Positions 9,012 through 17,864 of a stretch of 64,000 bases of DNA are shown in pieces (position 1 is the stretch's first letter; each line of letters starts with the position of its first letter). The position numbers and the translations under genes are program-made. The notes under the pieces were generated by a model. That model saw only the letters and a program-made list of their open reading frames with translations. It was not told the origin of the DNA and searched no databases. The DNA comes from Escherichia phage vB_EcoM_G37-3. The stretch lies in sequence record MK327941.1. One strand, 5' to 3'.

Positions 9012-9820
9012 TCTACGTTAGTTACATAAACTTCTTGCGTATCAGAAGACTTACCACCTGAACGATCTAGGCAATAGGTCTTATTCAACAGGACGCAGTT
9101 TAAATCATTCCGCTTGATAAAGTCAAGGAGATGATCATTTACCTTTCCCTTATGATGCGTGACATTACTGATACCAAACTGAAAACCACGCGCCATAATC
9201 GATTCTACCCACTGATAGAATTTAATCTCTTCCTCGTCACTCCAGAACTTATTATATTCCGCAGAAGTGATAAGGTACGGCGGGTCCAAATAAACGAAAT
9301 CACCTGGCAAGATCTCGATCTCGTCATAGCGACCAGACGTAAAACTGATTCGACCGTCTTTGTTTTCTTCCTTAAAATTCAGGACACGCTCTACCGCGTT
9401 TTCGTTAAAAGTCCGGCGACCAAAATTAGCATTAAATTCTCCCTTCCTGTTATGGCGGTTAATGTTGCTAAAACTGTGCTGAATCAGAACAAACAGAGAT
9501 AGCGGATCTGGATTCTCATTATACTTCTTGCGGAATGCCATATAAGAATCTTTATCATCACGAGACAAACCATTCTCGGCAATAATCAGCTTGATCGTAG
9601 AAACCGGATCAGGACACTCGTCAATCGCTTTGTACGCGTCAATTAAGCGGTGATCATAGTCATTAGCCAGAACACCCCCTTCGACGTACAGAGACACGCT
9701 CAAGCCACCACAAAAGGCATCAACAAAGCGGTTATAGTGCTTAGGGAAATACTTACTAACACTTGGCAATAACTTTTCCTTATTGCCAGTATAGGGAATT
9801 AAACCTAATGCTTTCTTCAT
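9008..9820 (-). CDS. dam: DNA adenine methyltransferase (Dam-like, alpha class)
   Basis: N-terminal FVDAFCGGLSVSL (motif I) and FVYLDPPYLITSAEYNKFW (motif IV DPPY), collinear with T4 Dam. Confidence 0.85.
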   Translation of the reverse strand: MKKALGLIPYTGNKEKLLPSVSKYFPKHYNRFVDAFCGGLSVSLYVEGGVLANDYDHRLIDAYKAIDECPDPVSTIKLIIAENGLSRDDKDSYMAFRKKYNENPDPLSLFVLIQHSFSNINRHNRKGEFNANFGRRTFNENAVERVLNFKEENKDGRISFTSGRYDEIEILPGDFVYLDPPYLITSAEYNKFWSDEEEIKFYQWVESIMARGFQFGISNVTHHKGKVNDHLLDFIKRNDLNCVLLNKTYCLDRSGGKSSDTQEVYVTNVD

Positions 9821-10251
9821 TATCCCTTCCTCAAATAAGTTCGCTCAATCTCTACCAGTTCGAAAAATTCATCCCAATCACACGGAAAATTGCAGTTTCC
9901 AAAATGGTCTTCATTGTAAAGCTCTTTACCGGATGGCAACTTAATATCTGTTACAGTATACCAACCGCAACAATCACAATCACCCTCAACAACAGAAACT
10001 TTCGTCGGAATTTGCATCATTGCCAGATAGGTCGGCACGTCAGACTGTTCAAAGATCATGTAACCTTCATTGTCAAACGAAACAAAATTATCATCGCCCA
10101 AAAAAGGGATATAGTGGTCATAATCGGTTACAGGTTGACCGTGCAATTCCCATTCTACAATTTTAACATTACCACTAAACTTGATACCCATCATATCAAC
10201 CATAAAATGAGTATCGTCAATGTAAATCTTACTAGGAGTTGGATAAACCAT
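9820..10251 (-). CDS. Hypothetical protein (143 aa, Cys-rich segment GDCDCCGW)
   Basis: Minus-strand ORF in tightly packed early gene chain. Confidence 0.5.
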   Translation of the reverse strand: MVYPTPSKIYIDDTHFMVDMMGIKFSGNVKIVEWELHGQPVTDYDHYIPFLGDDNFVSFDNEGYMIFEQSDVPTYLAMMQIPTKVSVVEGDCDCCGWYTVTDIKLPSGKELYNEDHFGNCNFPCDWDEFFELVEIERTYLRKG

Positions 10252-10261
10252 TATATAATCC

Positions 10262-10558
10262 TCATATCTCAGAGAATAGAATCTCTGTTAGCTTCACTGA
10301 CTGCTCTCTGAATGTTAGCGTATACTCGAAAGGAAAGTCAACACCTAATTTCAGAAGAGAATAGCCTACCGCCTCTTTATGCTTATCTGTTAGGGCAATC
10401 CTAACCAATTCCAGTTGAATCTCTTTAGGCGGTGAATGGATAGTAACACGGGTATCATGCAATGTCCAGTCACCATTACGAATCAAGATTAACGGTTTAT
10501 CGTCATTGAAGATCACCGACCCCTTTCCGGTCGGTGAGTGTTTTATACTAATCATCAA
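10262..10558 (-). CDS. Hypothetical protein (98 aa)
   Basis: ORF in minus-strand gene chain. Confidence 0.45.
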   Translation of the reverse strand: MMISIKHSPTGKGSVIFNDDKPLILIRNGDWTLHDTRVTIHSPPKEIQLELVRIALTDKHKEAVGYSLLKLGVDFPFEYTLTFREQSVKLTEILFSEI

Positions 10559-10769
10559 ATTCTAAGAAATATTCTGGAACGATATAACCGTTAAAGTCAT
10601 TGCACTTATAAAAATGTGGTGCATTTAATGCTGGATGAGCGTTTGTAAAGAGTTTACCCTCTAGAAACAGAATGTAATTAATAGGTCTAATACCTACAGA
10701 ATCAGGGTCTAAACCTTTTTCTTTCAGTTCAGCCAGCGTTAAAACTCGTCCAGATCGTAACTTAGCCAT
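10548..10769 (-). CDS. Hypothetical protein (73 aa)
   Basis: ORF in minus-strand gene chain. Confidence 0.4.
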   Translation of the reverse strand: MAKLRSGRVLTLAELKEKGLDPDSVGIRPINYILFLEGKLFTNAHPALNAPHFYKCNDFNGYIVPEYFLEFDD

Positions 10770-11055
10770 GATTTACCCCTAATTCATCAAGATTATGTCG
10801 CAGCATTTCAGAGTATTTTTCTACTTCCTTGATCTTAGTGTGGATCTCCACGATCTCATCTTCACTATCAGAAAGTTTAATAGCAATCGCGAGCGTGCTT
10901 TTACCAGCTTTCATAGTCTCTTTCCGTTCAACCAATAGATCCGCGTGTTTCAATAGCAATTCTTCACGTCGAACATAAGCGACGGTCAAAGCCTCATCAG
11001 CGATTTCTAAAGCATTTTCAGCGACACCAACAACCATTTTACGAGTAGACAGCAT
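10762..11055 (-). CDS. Hypothetical coiled-coil protein (97 aa)
   Basis: ORF in minus-strand gene chain. Confidence 0.45.
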   Translation of the reverse strand: MLSTRKMVVGVAENALEIADEALTVAYVRREELLLKHADLLVERKETMKAGKSTLAIAIKLSDSEDEIVEIHTKIKEVEKYSEMLRHNLDELGVNHG

Positions 11056-11069
11056 AAATTCACCTCACA

Positions 11070-11378
11070 TTATTTCACGTTAACGCCGTCATAAATCCAG
11101 CCGACGCTATTTGGTTTAACAGTTTTACCATAGGATGCATACTTAATCAAGCATGGGTTAACATCATTATCAAATCTTCCTAAACGTACTCCCAAATCAG
11201 GAATATCCATGTATGCGGCTTTATATCCCCATGTGCCATATTCAGAATCAATCTCAACCGGACGGCCTTTAAAAGCATACACTACACCGTGACGGTCAAC
11301 GATAACATAACAATAACCAGCCGGAAGATACACAGTTTCGCCGTAAACTTTAACTGGAGTAGCAGAAGAGATAAACAT
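11070..11378 (-). CDS. Hypothetical protein (about 103 aa)
   Basis: Likely ATG at MFISSATPVKV preceded by RBS GAGGAT and PeSL-type promoter; track start 11414. Confidence 0.5.
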   Translation of the reverse strand: MFISSATPVKVYGETVYLPAGYCYVIVDRHGVVYAFKGRPVEIDSEYGTWGYKAAYMDIPDLGVRLGRFDNDVNPCLIKYASYGKTVKPNSVGWIYDGVNVK

Positions 11379-11413
11379 AATATAATCCTCACATCGTTCA
11401 TTTGATGCGGTCA

Positions 11414-11441
11414 TTATATGATAACCGCATTTTCATGTCAA
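11414..11441 (-). promoter_or_regulatory. Early promoter with palindrome around -10 (PeSL-like)
   Basis: Minus strand TTGACA, spacer, TATAAT embedded in GCGGTTATCATATAATGACCGC inverted repeat. Confidence 0.55.
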
Positions 11442-11447
11442 CAGTTT

Positions 11448-11756
11448 TTAAAAATCTTCTTCCGGTTTATATCGACCGTCATCAACTGGTTTTGGGCTGA
11501 ATCCGGTATGTTTGCGCGGCTTCGCTTCCGGTTTCCCCGCAATCATCAAACCAAAACATTTCAGCCCCTTATAACACATAACAATATCAACCACGGTCCA
11601 CGTTATAGGCCATACGATTGCAGCAATACAAAATGCTCCTGTATCGACCTCTTTGGTGTCCTTGTCGAATCTGGCGTACAAGCAGAATACTAGATACGAG
11701 ATCATTGCACCCGTAGTCCAGATATAAAGCACACTGACAATATCTTGTGTTGTCAC
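11448..11756 (-). CDS. Hypothetical membrane protein (two predicted TM helices)
   Basis: GTG start with RBS GGAGGA at 11761-11766; hydrophobic segments MISYLVFCLYA and IAAIVWPITWTVVDIVM. Confidence 0.45.
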   Translation of the reverse strand: MTTQDIVSVLYIWTTGAMISYLVFCLYARFDKDTKEVDTGAFCIAAIVWPITWTVVDIVMCYKGLKCFGLMIAGKPEAKPRKHTGFSPKPVDDGRYKPEEDF

Positions 11757-11766
11757 GTTATCCTCC

Positions 11767-12045
11767 TTACATGTCTTGCAGTGCATAAAAGCATTTTTCT
11801 TCATAGTCATAGAAAATGTCAAAGTATGCTTTTTCTACATACTCACCATTGATCCAAGCGGCAGTAACAATCAGAGTGGTCCAGTTCGATCCGCTCTCAA
11901 CGGTAAAGGTTTTAATACCCAGCTTCGCTGCCAAGTCGAACGCAAACCGGACGCAACCACGGCAGGAAGTGATATTTGAAGTTTTGATTTTAAAGCCACC
12001 GCGAGTTTTGGTAATTTCTACTTTAGCGAAAGACAGGTTGCTCAT
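11767..12045 (-). CDS. Hypothetical protein (92 aa)
   Basis: ATG 12043-12045 preceded by RBS AAGGAGAATCAA and PeSL-type promoter. Confidence 0.5.
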   Translation of the reverse strand: MSNLSFAKVEITKTRGGFKIKTSNITSCRGCVRFAFDLAAKLGIKTFTVESGSNWTTLIVTAAWINGEYVEKAYFDIFYDYEEKCFYALQDM

Positions 12046-12087
12046 TTTGATTCTCCTTAAGAAAGTGTGTTTCGTTTTGATGTGTGT

Positions 12088-12116
12088 AGTATAGGGGATA
12101 TGTGATCCCCTGTCAA
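12088..12116 (-). promoter_or_regulatory. Early promoter with spacer palindrome (PeSL-like)
   Basis: Minus strand TTGACA, spacer GGGGATCACATATCCCC (inverted repeat), TATACT. Confidence 0.6.
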
Positions 12117-12123
12117 CAACTTT

Positions 12124-12333
12124 TTATGATTTTAGTGAATTAACCACTACATCAAAATGATGTACAGAGTACACCTTATTAAACACATATTCATCGTGTT
12201 TAGGAATAGCCCCTAATCGCTCTATTTCGCTCGCTGACACGATAAACCGTTTATCCGGTGCATTTACCTTATATGCTTCAACAACGCACGGAAAACGCGT
12301 TTTAGCGAGTTCGGGATAGTTTTCTGACTCCAT
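12124..12333 (-). CDS. Hypothetical protein (start uncertain; track ORF 12124-12453 overlaps next ORF)
   Basis: ORF 12124-12453 overlaps 12353-12694 by 100 nt in another frame; internal ATG at 12331-12333 avoids overlap. Confidence 0.3.
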   Translation of the reverse strand: MESENYPELAKTRFPCVVEAYKVNAPDKRFIVSASEIERLGAIPKHDEYVFNKVYSVHHFDVVVNSLKS

Positions 12334-12352
12334 CAGGACAATGAATACCCTG

Positions 12353-12694
12353 TTACATTGATTGTAGAATCCTGTTTTTGATTTCATCAAGTTTTCTTCT
12401 ATGTTCAAGTCGTGCAATCTTCTTTTCATGATTTCGTTGGTTCTTGTCTTCACAGTTTACCCACTCAACAAGATCTTTACCTAACTCGAAAGCCCATTCT
12501 CGGTCTTGCTTTACGTTTTGTAGGTATGGACTTTCTGACACTCTACGAAGTGATGTTGTCGTAACAAGAATGATCCCAGGAATGGTCGGATGTTCCTTTC
12601 CATATACAATCGGACGGGAATCACTTTCGACACCTTGTAAGAAGGTGTATCCTGAATCATTCAGCAACAAATACATTTTCGGTTCGTTCATCAC
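12353..12694 (-). CDS. Hypothetical protein, small-protein family (LLLNDSGYTFLQGV...LVTT)
   Basis: Shares motif pattern with ORFs 12691-12948 and 13979-14200. Confidence 0.45.
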   Translation of the reverse strand: MMNEPKMYLLLNDSGYTFLQGVESDSRPIVYGKEHPTIPGIILVTTTSLRRVSESPYLQNVKQDREWAFELGKDLVEWVNCEDKNQRNHEKKIARLEHRRKLDEIKNRILQSM

Positions 12695-12948
12695 AGATTC
12701 CTCAACCAGTTATTAAAGCGAGCAAAGCATGATTCTTTTCGTGCTTTTTCTGCTTTACGGGCAAATCTATCCAAGAAACACCATTCATAATCATCATTGT
12801 AAATTCCCTCAAAGGAAGCTCCAGCTTTGCGTAATTCTTTGGTTGTTACCAAGAAACTATCATAGAAGGGAGTTCCTCTAACAATGATCGGAAGTTTAAC
12901 ACCTTTCAAGAAAGAATAATCGGCATCATTAATAATTTCAATTTTCAT
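12691..12948 (-). CDS. Hypothetical protein, same small-protein family
   Basis: EIINDADYSFLKGVKLPIIVRG...FLVTTKELRKAG aligns with neighbour. Confidence 0.45.
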   Translation of the reverse strand: MKIEIINDADYSFLKGVKLPIIVRGTPFYDSFLVTTKELRKAGASFEGIYNDDYEWCFLDRFARKAEKARKESCFARFNNWLRNL

Positions 12949-13193
12949 TTTACATTATCTCCATAGATCTTTCCAGCAATATCAATTTCACCAGCACGAA
13001 CATCTAGGATAAGATGCGGTAGGTGTATGCAGTTTTCCCACCCTACGCGCTTCATTTCTTCTACGGTAACGTAAGCCCACCCGTTAGCTGTAATAACGTC
13101 TACTTCAACCTTGAGAGGAAAGCAAGACTTTTCTATGTCTTCGAATCCGACAATATGTTTTGTTGTTGAATATGGAATATATCCTGTGATCAT
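12945..13193 (-). CDS. Hypothetical protein (82 aa)
   Basis: ORF in overlapping (ATGA-type) gene chain. Confidence 0.4.
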   Translation of the reverse strand: MITGYIPYSTTKHIVGFEDIEKSCFPLKVEVDVITANGWAYVTVEEMKRVGWENCIHLPHLILDVRAGEIDIAGKIYGDNVK

Positions 13194-13435
13194 TTTGTGA
13201 TCTCCTTATACTCAACACACCATAAGCGGGTAGCCCATGATAAACGCTCATACCGCTGGCAGAAATCGGACCATAGATATTGTGTACCGTCTTGCATGGT
13301 TGAAATATGCGTTTTCTCACCTACTTTCACGAAAGAAGTATTCGATTTTGTGATCTCGACCGGAGTATATCCGAAAGCTGTCGGTATTACTGATTCGTTG
13401 GTCTTCATTCTATATTCCTCACTCTTCTGTTTCAT
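13190..13435 (-). CDS. Hypothetical protein (81 aa)
   Basis: ORF in gene chain. Confidence 0.4.
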   Translation of the reverse strand: MKQKSEEYRMKTNESVIPTAFGYTPVEITKSNTSFVKVGEKTHISTMQDGTQYLWSDFCQRYERLSWATRLWCVEYKEITK

Positions 13436-13655
13436 TTCTTTTATATGGTACTATAACAGGATTAATACAGCAAGCACCAATTACGTTATGAGCACCACAA
13501 TTTAAGCATTTATAATCATGGAACTTATTAAGGAATCGCCCGAACTCATAACCGACTAACGCCGCGTGTACTTGAGTCTCGATCTCATCCATATCAGCCA
13601 ATGTTTTAACCTTCATAATATAATCCTCAAATACTGGTTTTGCGAAGATGGTCAT
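13419..13655 (-). CDS. Hypothetical Cys-rich small protein (CLNCG...CC)
   Basis: ORF in gene chain; putative zinc-binding cysteines. Confidence 0.4.
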   Translation of the reverse strand: MTIFAKPVFEDYIMKVKTLADMDEIETQVHAALVGYEFGRFLNKFHDYKCLNCGAHNVIGACCINPVIVPYKRNETEE

Positions 13656-13917
13656 TACATGCTTTTAATGCATCAGTCGAGGTGTCATAGCGAGTATTAT
13701 CATAGCACCAGTAACCATCTGTCAACTGATAAATTAATCCATCCTTTTTAGCGTCGATGAAAGACAATTCTTTGAAAGTTTCTACTTTCTTTGCTGATAC
13801 TCCACGGTCACGGCGTTTATAGAGTTTAGCTAAAACGCGTTCAGCTTGTTCCTCTTTATCGCCAGACAGATCCCAGATGACGTTTCTGATATGCTTGATT
13901 AATTGTTCAGTGGTCAT
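13627..13917 (-). CDS. Hypothetical protein (96 aa)
   Basis: ORF with RBS and PeSL-type promoter upstream. Confidence 0.45.
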   Translation of the reverse strand: MTTEQLIKHIRNVIWDLSGDKEEQAERVLAKLYKRRDRGVSAKKVETFKELSFIDAKKDGLIYQLTDGYWCYDNTRYDTSTDALKACNDHLRKTSI

Positions 13918-13948
13918 ATTTGATTCTCCTTAGTTGGTATGGTTATCA

Positions 13949-13975
13949 TTATACGGGGATTTCTCCCCGTGTCAA
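13949..13975 (-). promoter_or_regulatory. Early promoter with spacer palindrome (PeSL-like)
   Basis: Minus strand TTGACA, spacer CGGGGAGAAATCCCCG, TATAAT. Confidence 0.6.
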
Positions 13976-13978
13976 CAA

Positions 13979-14200
13979 TTAAATGATCTCTGCTTCACCG
14001 TTAAGGAAGAAAGACCATGTTTTGTTAGGATAACGAAGCGCCCATGATTCAGCAGTTTTAACACCAGCTTCGAACAATTGACGGCTGGTTACTTTAGCCA
14101 TACCATCTTCGATGGCAACGTTTTCAATAATCATCGGGTACTTAGCACCACGCATGAAACCGAAGCCAGCGGAAGATTTGATAATTTTAACAGTTGCCAT
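13979..14200 (-). CDS. Hypothetical protein, small-protein family (73 aa)
   Basis: ATG at MATVKIIKSSAGFGFMRG with RBS AGGAGAATCAAAA; track start 14254 lies inside promoter. Confidence 0.5.
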   Translation of the reverse strand: MATVKIIKSSAGFGFMRGAKYPMIIENVAIEDGMAKVTSRQLFEAGVKTAESWALRYPNKTWSFFLNGEAEII

Positions 14201-14239
14201 TTTTGATTCTCCTAGAAAGTGTCGTGTTTCGATGGGTGT

Positions 14240-14268
14240 ATTATGCAATAACACCGGATCGCTGTCAA
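14240..14268 (-). promoter_or_regulatory. Early sigma70-type promoter (PeSL-like cassette)
   Basis: Minus strand TTGACA, 17-nt spacer, CATAAT, conserved leader ACCCATCGAAACACGACAC. Confidence 0.5.
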
Positions 14269-14286
14269 CACTTTCTAAGAAAAATT

Positions 14287-14571
14287 TTAAATTAATCGAA
14301 TATAACCAAGAATTTCAGCGCCTTTAGCCAGTCCTAAAACTTCCCATTCAAGGTCGCCGTAGTCATAATTTGCAACCATCAACTGACCATTTTTCATGCA
14401 GCAATCATGAGAGAAAATTTTCCCCGTATAAACTACGATAGTAATAAACTTTCCTGATTCTGGCGGTGTGGAAGACAAAGCGACCATATGACCATTCAGC
14501 TTAGTCACCAGTGATGGAACAATAAAATTCGGGCTTACCTGAATACCGTTAAATTCGTTTGTGTCTTTCAT
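14287..14571 (-). CDS. Hypothetical protein (94 aa)
   Basis: ORF in gene chain. Confidence 0.45.
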   Translation of the reverse strand: MKDTNEFNGIQVSPNFIVPSLVTKLNGHMVALSSTPPESGKFITIVVYTGKIFSHDCCMKNGQLMVANYDYGDLEWEVLGLAKGAEILGYIRLI

Positions 14572-14918
14572 GCCAGACCTCGCAAAACACTAATAGCATA
14601 ATCATGCTGGTTATTCATAATATCAATTGCATTGTGATAACGAGCTAAACCATCAAGGATAAATTCTTGTTTATCCTGTTTCAGTTTTGTATCACGCGCA
14701 GCCATAAGAGCATCAAGAACAGGTCCAAAGTGATTATCTAATTCATCTTCGGTTGCAATGTTTCCTATTGCCTCGTCGATCCGTGATTCTAATGCTTGCT
14801 TTTCGTTGATCACTTGCTGGGTATATTCCAACACATCAAGAATATCGCGGGTAACGTCGCCATGATAAGGTATTCCCGCATGAAAATGATCAATTAATCG
14901 CTGAATATCAATGTTCAT
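14568..14918 (-). CDS. Hypothetical protein (116 aa)
   Basis: ORF in gene chain (ATGA overlap). Confidence 0.45.
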   Translation of the reverse strand: MNIDIQRLIDHFHAGIPYHGDVTRDILDVLEYTQQVINEKQALESRIDEAIGNIATEDELDNHFGPVLDALMAARDTKLKQDKQEFILDGLARYHNAIDIMNNQHDYAISVLRGLA

Positions 14919-15253
14919 TTGTAACCCTCCTCTGAAAGCACATCCCAGATCGTTGCGTCAAGATGCATTAAATTCCACATAATAGAGTCATAACTACCGA
15001 AGCCAGAAGTAAAAATTACATCACACTGGCGATATGTCTTATGAAAATCGGTGGCTGTCTCTGCATCAATCGGCATATCGTCACCGGAAAGCACCAGACA
15101 TTTAAGAATCATAACTCTGTTAGCCGTTGGCGCTTGCTTAGTCTTTTCAGCATATTTTTCGATGATCCGTTTTGCCTTTTCTTCTTTGATACGTCCAGAC
15201 CAAATCCGGTTTCGGTATTGATTCATAATAATTTCAATCACATCATTTTGCAT
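14915..15253 (-). CDS. Hypothetical protein (112 aa)
   Basis: ORF in gene chain. Confidence 0.45.
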   Translation of the reverse strand: MQNDVIEIIMNQYRNRIWSGRIKEEKAKRIIEKYAEKTKQAPTANRVMILKCLVLSGDDMPIDAETATDFHKTYRQCDVIFTSGFGSYDSIMWNLMHLDATIWDVLSEEGYK

Positions 15254-15452
15254 TCTTCACGGTCTCCATAATTGTTTTGTAAGCCAGCTTAAGATGATCA
15301 CCGAAAAACTTTGCAGTGTTACCCTTCGGATCGCGGAGCATGGTTTCTACGATCTCATCGGCAGTAACAATTTCTCCTTTCTTTGCTGCATGTTCTACCA
15401 TATACTTCAAAGTTTCTTCGGAAGCAAGTGCTGCGGCTACTGGATTAATCAT
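15243..15452 (-). CDS. Hypothetical protein (69 aa)
   Basis: ATG 15450-15452 with RBS and PeSL-type promoter. Confidence 0.45.
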   Translation of the reverse strand: MINPVAAALASEETLKYMVEHAAKKGEIVTADEIVETMLRDPKGNTAKFFGDHLKLAYKTIMETVKNAK

Positions 15453-15481
15453 TTTGGTTCTCCTTTGTTGTCGATGTGTGC

Positions 15482-15510
15482 ATTATGCTATACCCTATTC
15501 CTGTTGTCAA
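15482..15510 (-). promoter_or_regulatory. Early sigma70-type promoter (PeSL-like cassette)
   Basis: Minus strand TTGACA, 17-nt spacer, CATAAT, conserved leader. Confidence 0.5.
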
Positions 15511-15520
15511 CACCTAAAAA

Positions 15521-15550
15521 CGAAAAAGCCACCCTTTCGGATGGCTTTTT
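15521..15550 (-). terminator. Rho-independent terminator
   Basis: Minus strand hairpin GCCATCCGAAAGGGTGGC followed by TTTTTCGTTTTT. Confidence 0.6.
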
Positions 15551-15780
15551 GATTATATTTTATTCACGTCCATTTGTATAGTAGTGTTTGAATCGACCTT
15601 TGCTAAACTAGTTAAACATAGTAACCAATTCACCATCCCTTTCCAATGATAACCCTTCCTCGTCTTAGACGGGTCTTCCGATTCGGCAGTAATTGAACAC
15701 GCGAAAGTATGAGGAAGCCAAATAGTTGTGTTAATGCTAGTATTCTTTTACTTCTGGTATGCATCCCACGGTGACTAACA

Positions 15781-16180
15781 TTAAGCCAGTTGAGTGAGTT
15801 TATAAATTGTTTTAAAGCATAGAGCTTTGATATCGTCTAAAACACTCTGTAACGAGCTATCAACATCATTATAAATCTCACTAGCCATTTGCGTTAACTC
15901 TTGCAAATAGGCAATTTCGCTAATCTCCTTGCGGACGACCAACTTTGGCTGATAACGACCAGTGATCCCAATATTGGTTTCAGTGAAATTATCAACCAAT
16001 TCTTGCATTTCAAGATAGAACTCTTCTAGAGCCTTATGTTTTGCATAAGATCCAGGACCAGTTACCCCAAAATGCGCAGAATGCATATAAGTAACACTCA
16101 TCAGACATTCACCGATAAAGCGGTCAACTTTATTAGCCTTTCCCTCTTCGGACGTCTTTAGAAAATCACTGAATTTCATG
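15781..16180 (-). CDS. Hypothetical protein (about 133 aa)
   Basis: Probable ATG at MKFSDFLKTSEEGK with RBS GGAGAA; track start 16278. Confidence 0.45.
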
Positions 16181-16468
16181 TTCTCGATTCTCCATATTAT
16201 GCAACAGAACAAATTGTTGTGCGGCATATCCCCCCATAATAAAACACTGCCTAGAATCCATACATTTACTACGAGCATACATCTTCATAATATGGGCATG
16301 AAATTTCTGGCTGGTTTCAATGGAAGGAGATATTTTGTTTACATATACTATCATTGCGCCGTCGAAATAATCAGTAAAGTCACCAGTTGGATCATATTGA
16401 TCAGCACTGACACTTCCGACCGCAGTCAAGCATATTGCCGCTGTTAGAGTTTTACGAATAAATGACAT
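16166..16468 (-). CDS. Hypothetical secreted protein with N-terminal signal peptide
   Basis: MSFIRKTLTAAICLTAVGSVSA signal-like N-terminus; RBS GGGGGA; TATAAATA late-promoter motif upstream. Confidence 0.45.
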   Translation of the reverse strand: MSFIRKTLTAAICLTAVGSVSADQYDPTGDFTDYFDGAMIVYVNKISPSIETSQKFHAHIMKMYARSKCMDSRQCFIMGGYAAQQFVLLHNMENREHEIQ

Positions 16469-16476
16469 AAGTCATT

Positions 16477-16518
16477 CCCCCAGATTGAAAATATTCAGTT
16501 ATATTTATAATCTGGGGC
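16477..16518 (-). promoter_or_regulatory. T4 late-promoter motif TATAAATA inside an inverted repeat
   Basis: Minus-strand TATAAATA (plus 16502-16509) flanked by CCCCAGATT / AATCTGGGG arms. Confidence 0.45.
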
Positions 16519-16536
16519 TTTATTTATGATTAACTC

Positions 16537-17133
16537 TTATTTGGTAGTACCGTCAATAAAATGTTTACGGCACACAGAAACATATTTATCCTCTGCGCCG
16601 ACTTCTATTTGAGCACCATCGCGAATAACATTACCCTCTTTATCTACACGAAGGACCATTGTTGCTTTCTTGCCACAATGACAAATACCTTTCATTTCGA
16701 CCAGTTTATCAGCAAGTGCCATCAATGCCGCAGATCCTTCAAATAGATTGCCCTGAAAGTCAGTGCGAAGGCCATAGCACAGTACAGGGATATTTGCATC
16801 ATCGACAAGCGCACACAAGCCTAAAACATGCTCTTTAGTCATAAATTGGGCTTCGTCTACAAAAACTGCATCTGGACGCCATCGATCCGGTCTACGTTTA
16901 CCTAACGATTCACGATAAACCAAATCGAAAAGATCATCCGATTTAGTGAAGGTGATCGCTGGAGCACTTAGACCAATTCGGGAAACAACTTCACTTTCTG
17001 AATATCGATTATCAATCGCTGGCTTAAGAATTAATACTCGCATATCACGTTCGGTATAGTTATAAGCACTTTGTAACAGAGAAGTTGATTTGCCAGCGTT
17101 CATAGATGCATAGTAGAAATATAATTGCGCCAT
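16537..17133 (-). CDS. tk: Thymidine kinase
   Basis: ASMNAGKST P-loop, VDEAQF, C-terminal CHCGKKA zinc motif; collinear with T4 Tk. Confidence 0.9.
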   Translation of the reverse strand: MAQLYFYYASMNAGKSTSLLQSAYNYTERDMRVLILKPAIDNRYSESEVVSRIGLSAPAITFTKSDDLFDLVYRESLGKRRPDRWRPDAVFVDEAQFMTKEHVLGLCALVDDANIPVLCYGLRTDFQGNLFEGSAALMALADKLVEMKGICHCGKKATMVLRVDKEGNVIRDGAQIEVGAEDKYVSVCRKHFIDGTTK

Positions 17134-17426
17134 TAATTAATCTCCAAAAATCCAGCAAGACCTAAACCGATATAAGTCCAGATACCAATAAAAAAGATGT
17201 TAATGCTCATGACAAGGATAAACCCTTTTAGCGTTTTAGGATATCCGACCCAATATTCCCGACCATCTTCTAACCGGATCAACTTATTTCCTTGCGAGTC
17301 CATATCAACCACAACATGTTTATTTCGAGATTGCAATAGATATTGTTTTACAATCTCCACACCCGCCATAATAACAATAACGAAAATAAAAGTCCACACA
17401 ACAAGATTAATGATAGTCTCAAGCAT
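17133..17426 (-). CDS. Hypothetical membrane protein (two TM helices)
   Basis: Hydrophobic N- and C-terminal segments. Confidence 0.45.
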   Translation of the reverse strand: MLETIINLVVWTFIFVIVIMAGVEIVKQYLLQSRNKHVVVDMDSQGNKLIRLEDGREYWVGYPKTLKGFILVMSINIFFIGIWTYIGLGLAGFLEIN

Positions 17427-17661
17427 TTTCTATCACCTCCACCCAATCAGGTGTTTCCTGAAAGACTCCTTCACCTTCATGATGGTCGCAACCTTTATTG
17501 CTGCAATACATCCACCAATCCCACATTCCCCACGGTAAACGCTGCATATCGTCGTTACAGCAAGTGAATATAATAGGCCAACCACATCTAACACATCGGC
17601 AGTTTTCCTTCATGTGTGCGGTATTAGGCTTCTTCATAGATGACTCCAATATAATCGACAT
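17419..17661 (-). CDS. Hypothetical Cys-rich protein
   Basis: CRCVRCGW...CCND...CDHH cysteine/histidine cluster. Confidence 0.4.
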   Translation of the reverse strand: MSIILESSMKKPNTAHMKENCRCVRCGWPIIFTCCNDDMQRLPWGMWDWWMYCSNKGCDHHEGEGVFQETPDWVEVIENA

Positions 17662-17864
17662 TTACATTTAGGGCAATGCGGTTCTTTAATATAATACCCG
17701 TCTGTCTTTGGAACACTAACAGGAGCGGTTTTTATATTGTATTCAGTGAAACAACGAAAACAAGTTACGTTTTCTACAGACTGACGTTTCACCCAATCAC
17801 CGGAATATAGATCATTTTTATTTGTCATATTCAACCACCACAATGTTAATGTCTGGAGTAGCAA
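17634..17864 (-). CDS. Hypothetical zinc-ribbon protein
   Basis: CFRC...CPKCKC motif; start probably at internal MTNKND. Confidence 0.4.
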   Translation of the reverse strand: MLLQTLTLWWLNMTNKNDLYSGDWVKRQSVENVTCFRCFTEYNIKTAPVSVPKTDGYYIKEPHCPKCKCRLYWSHL

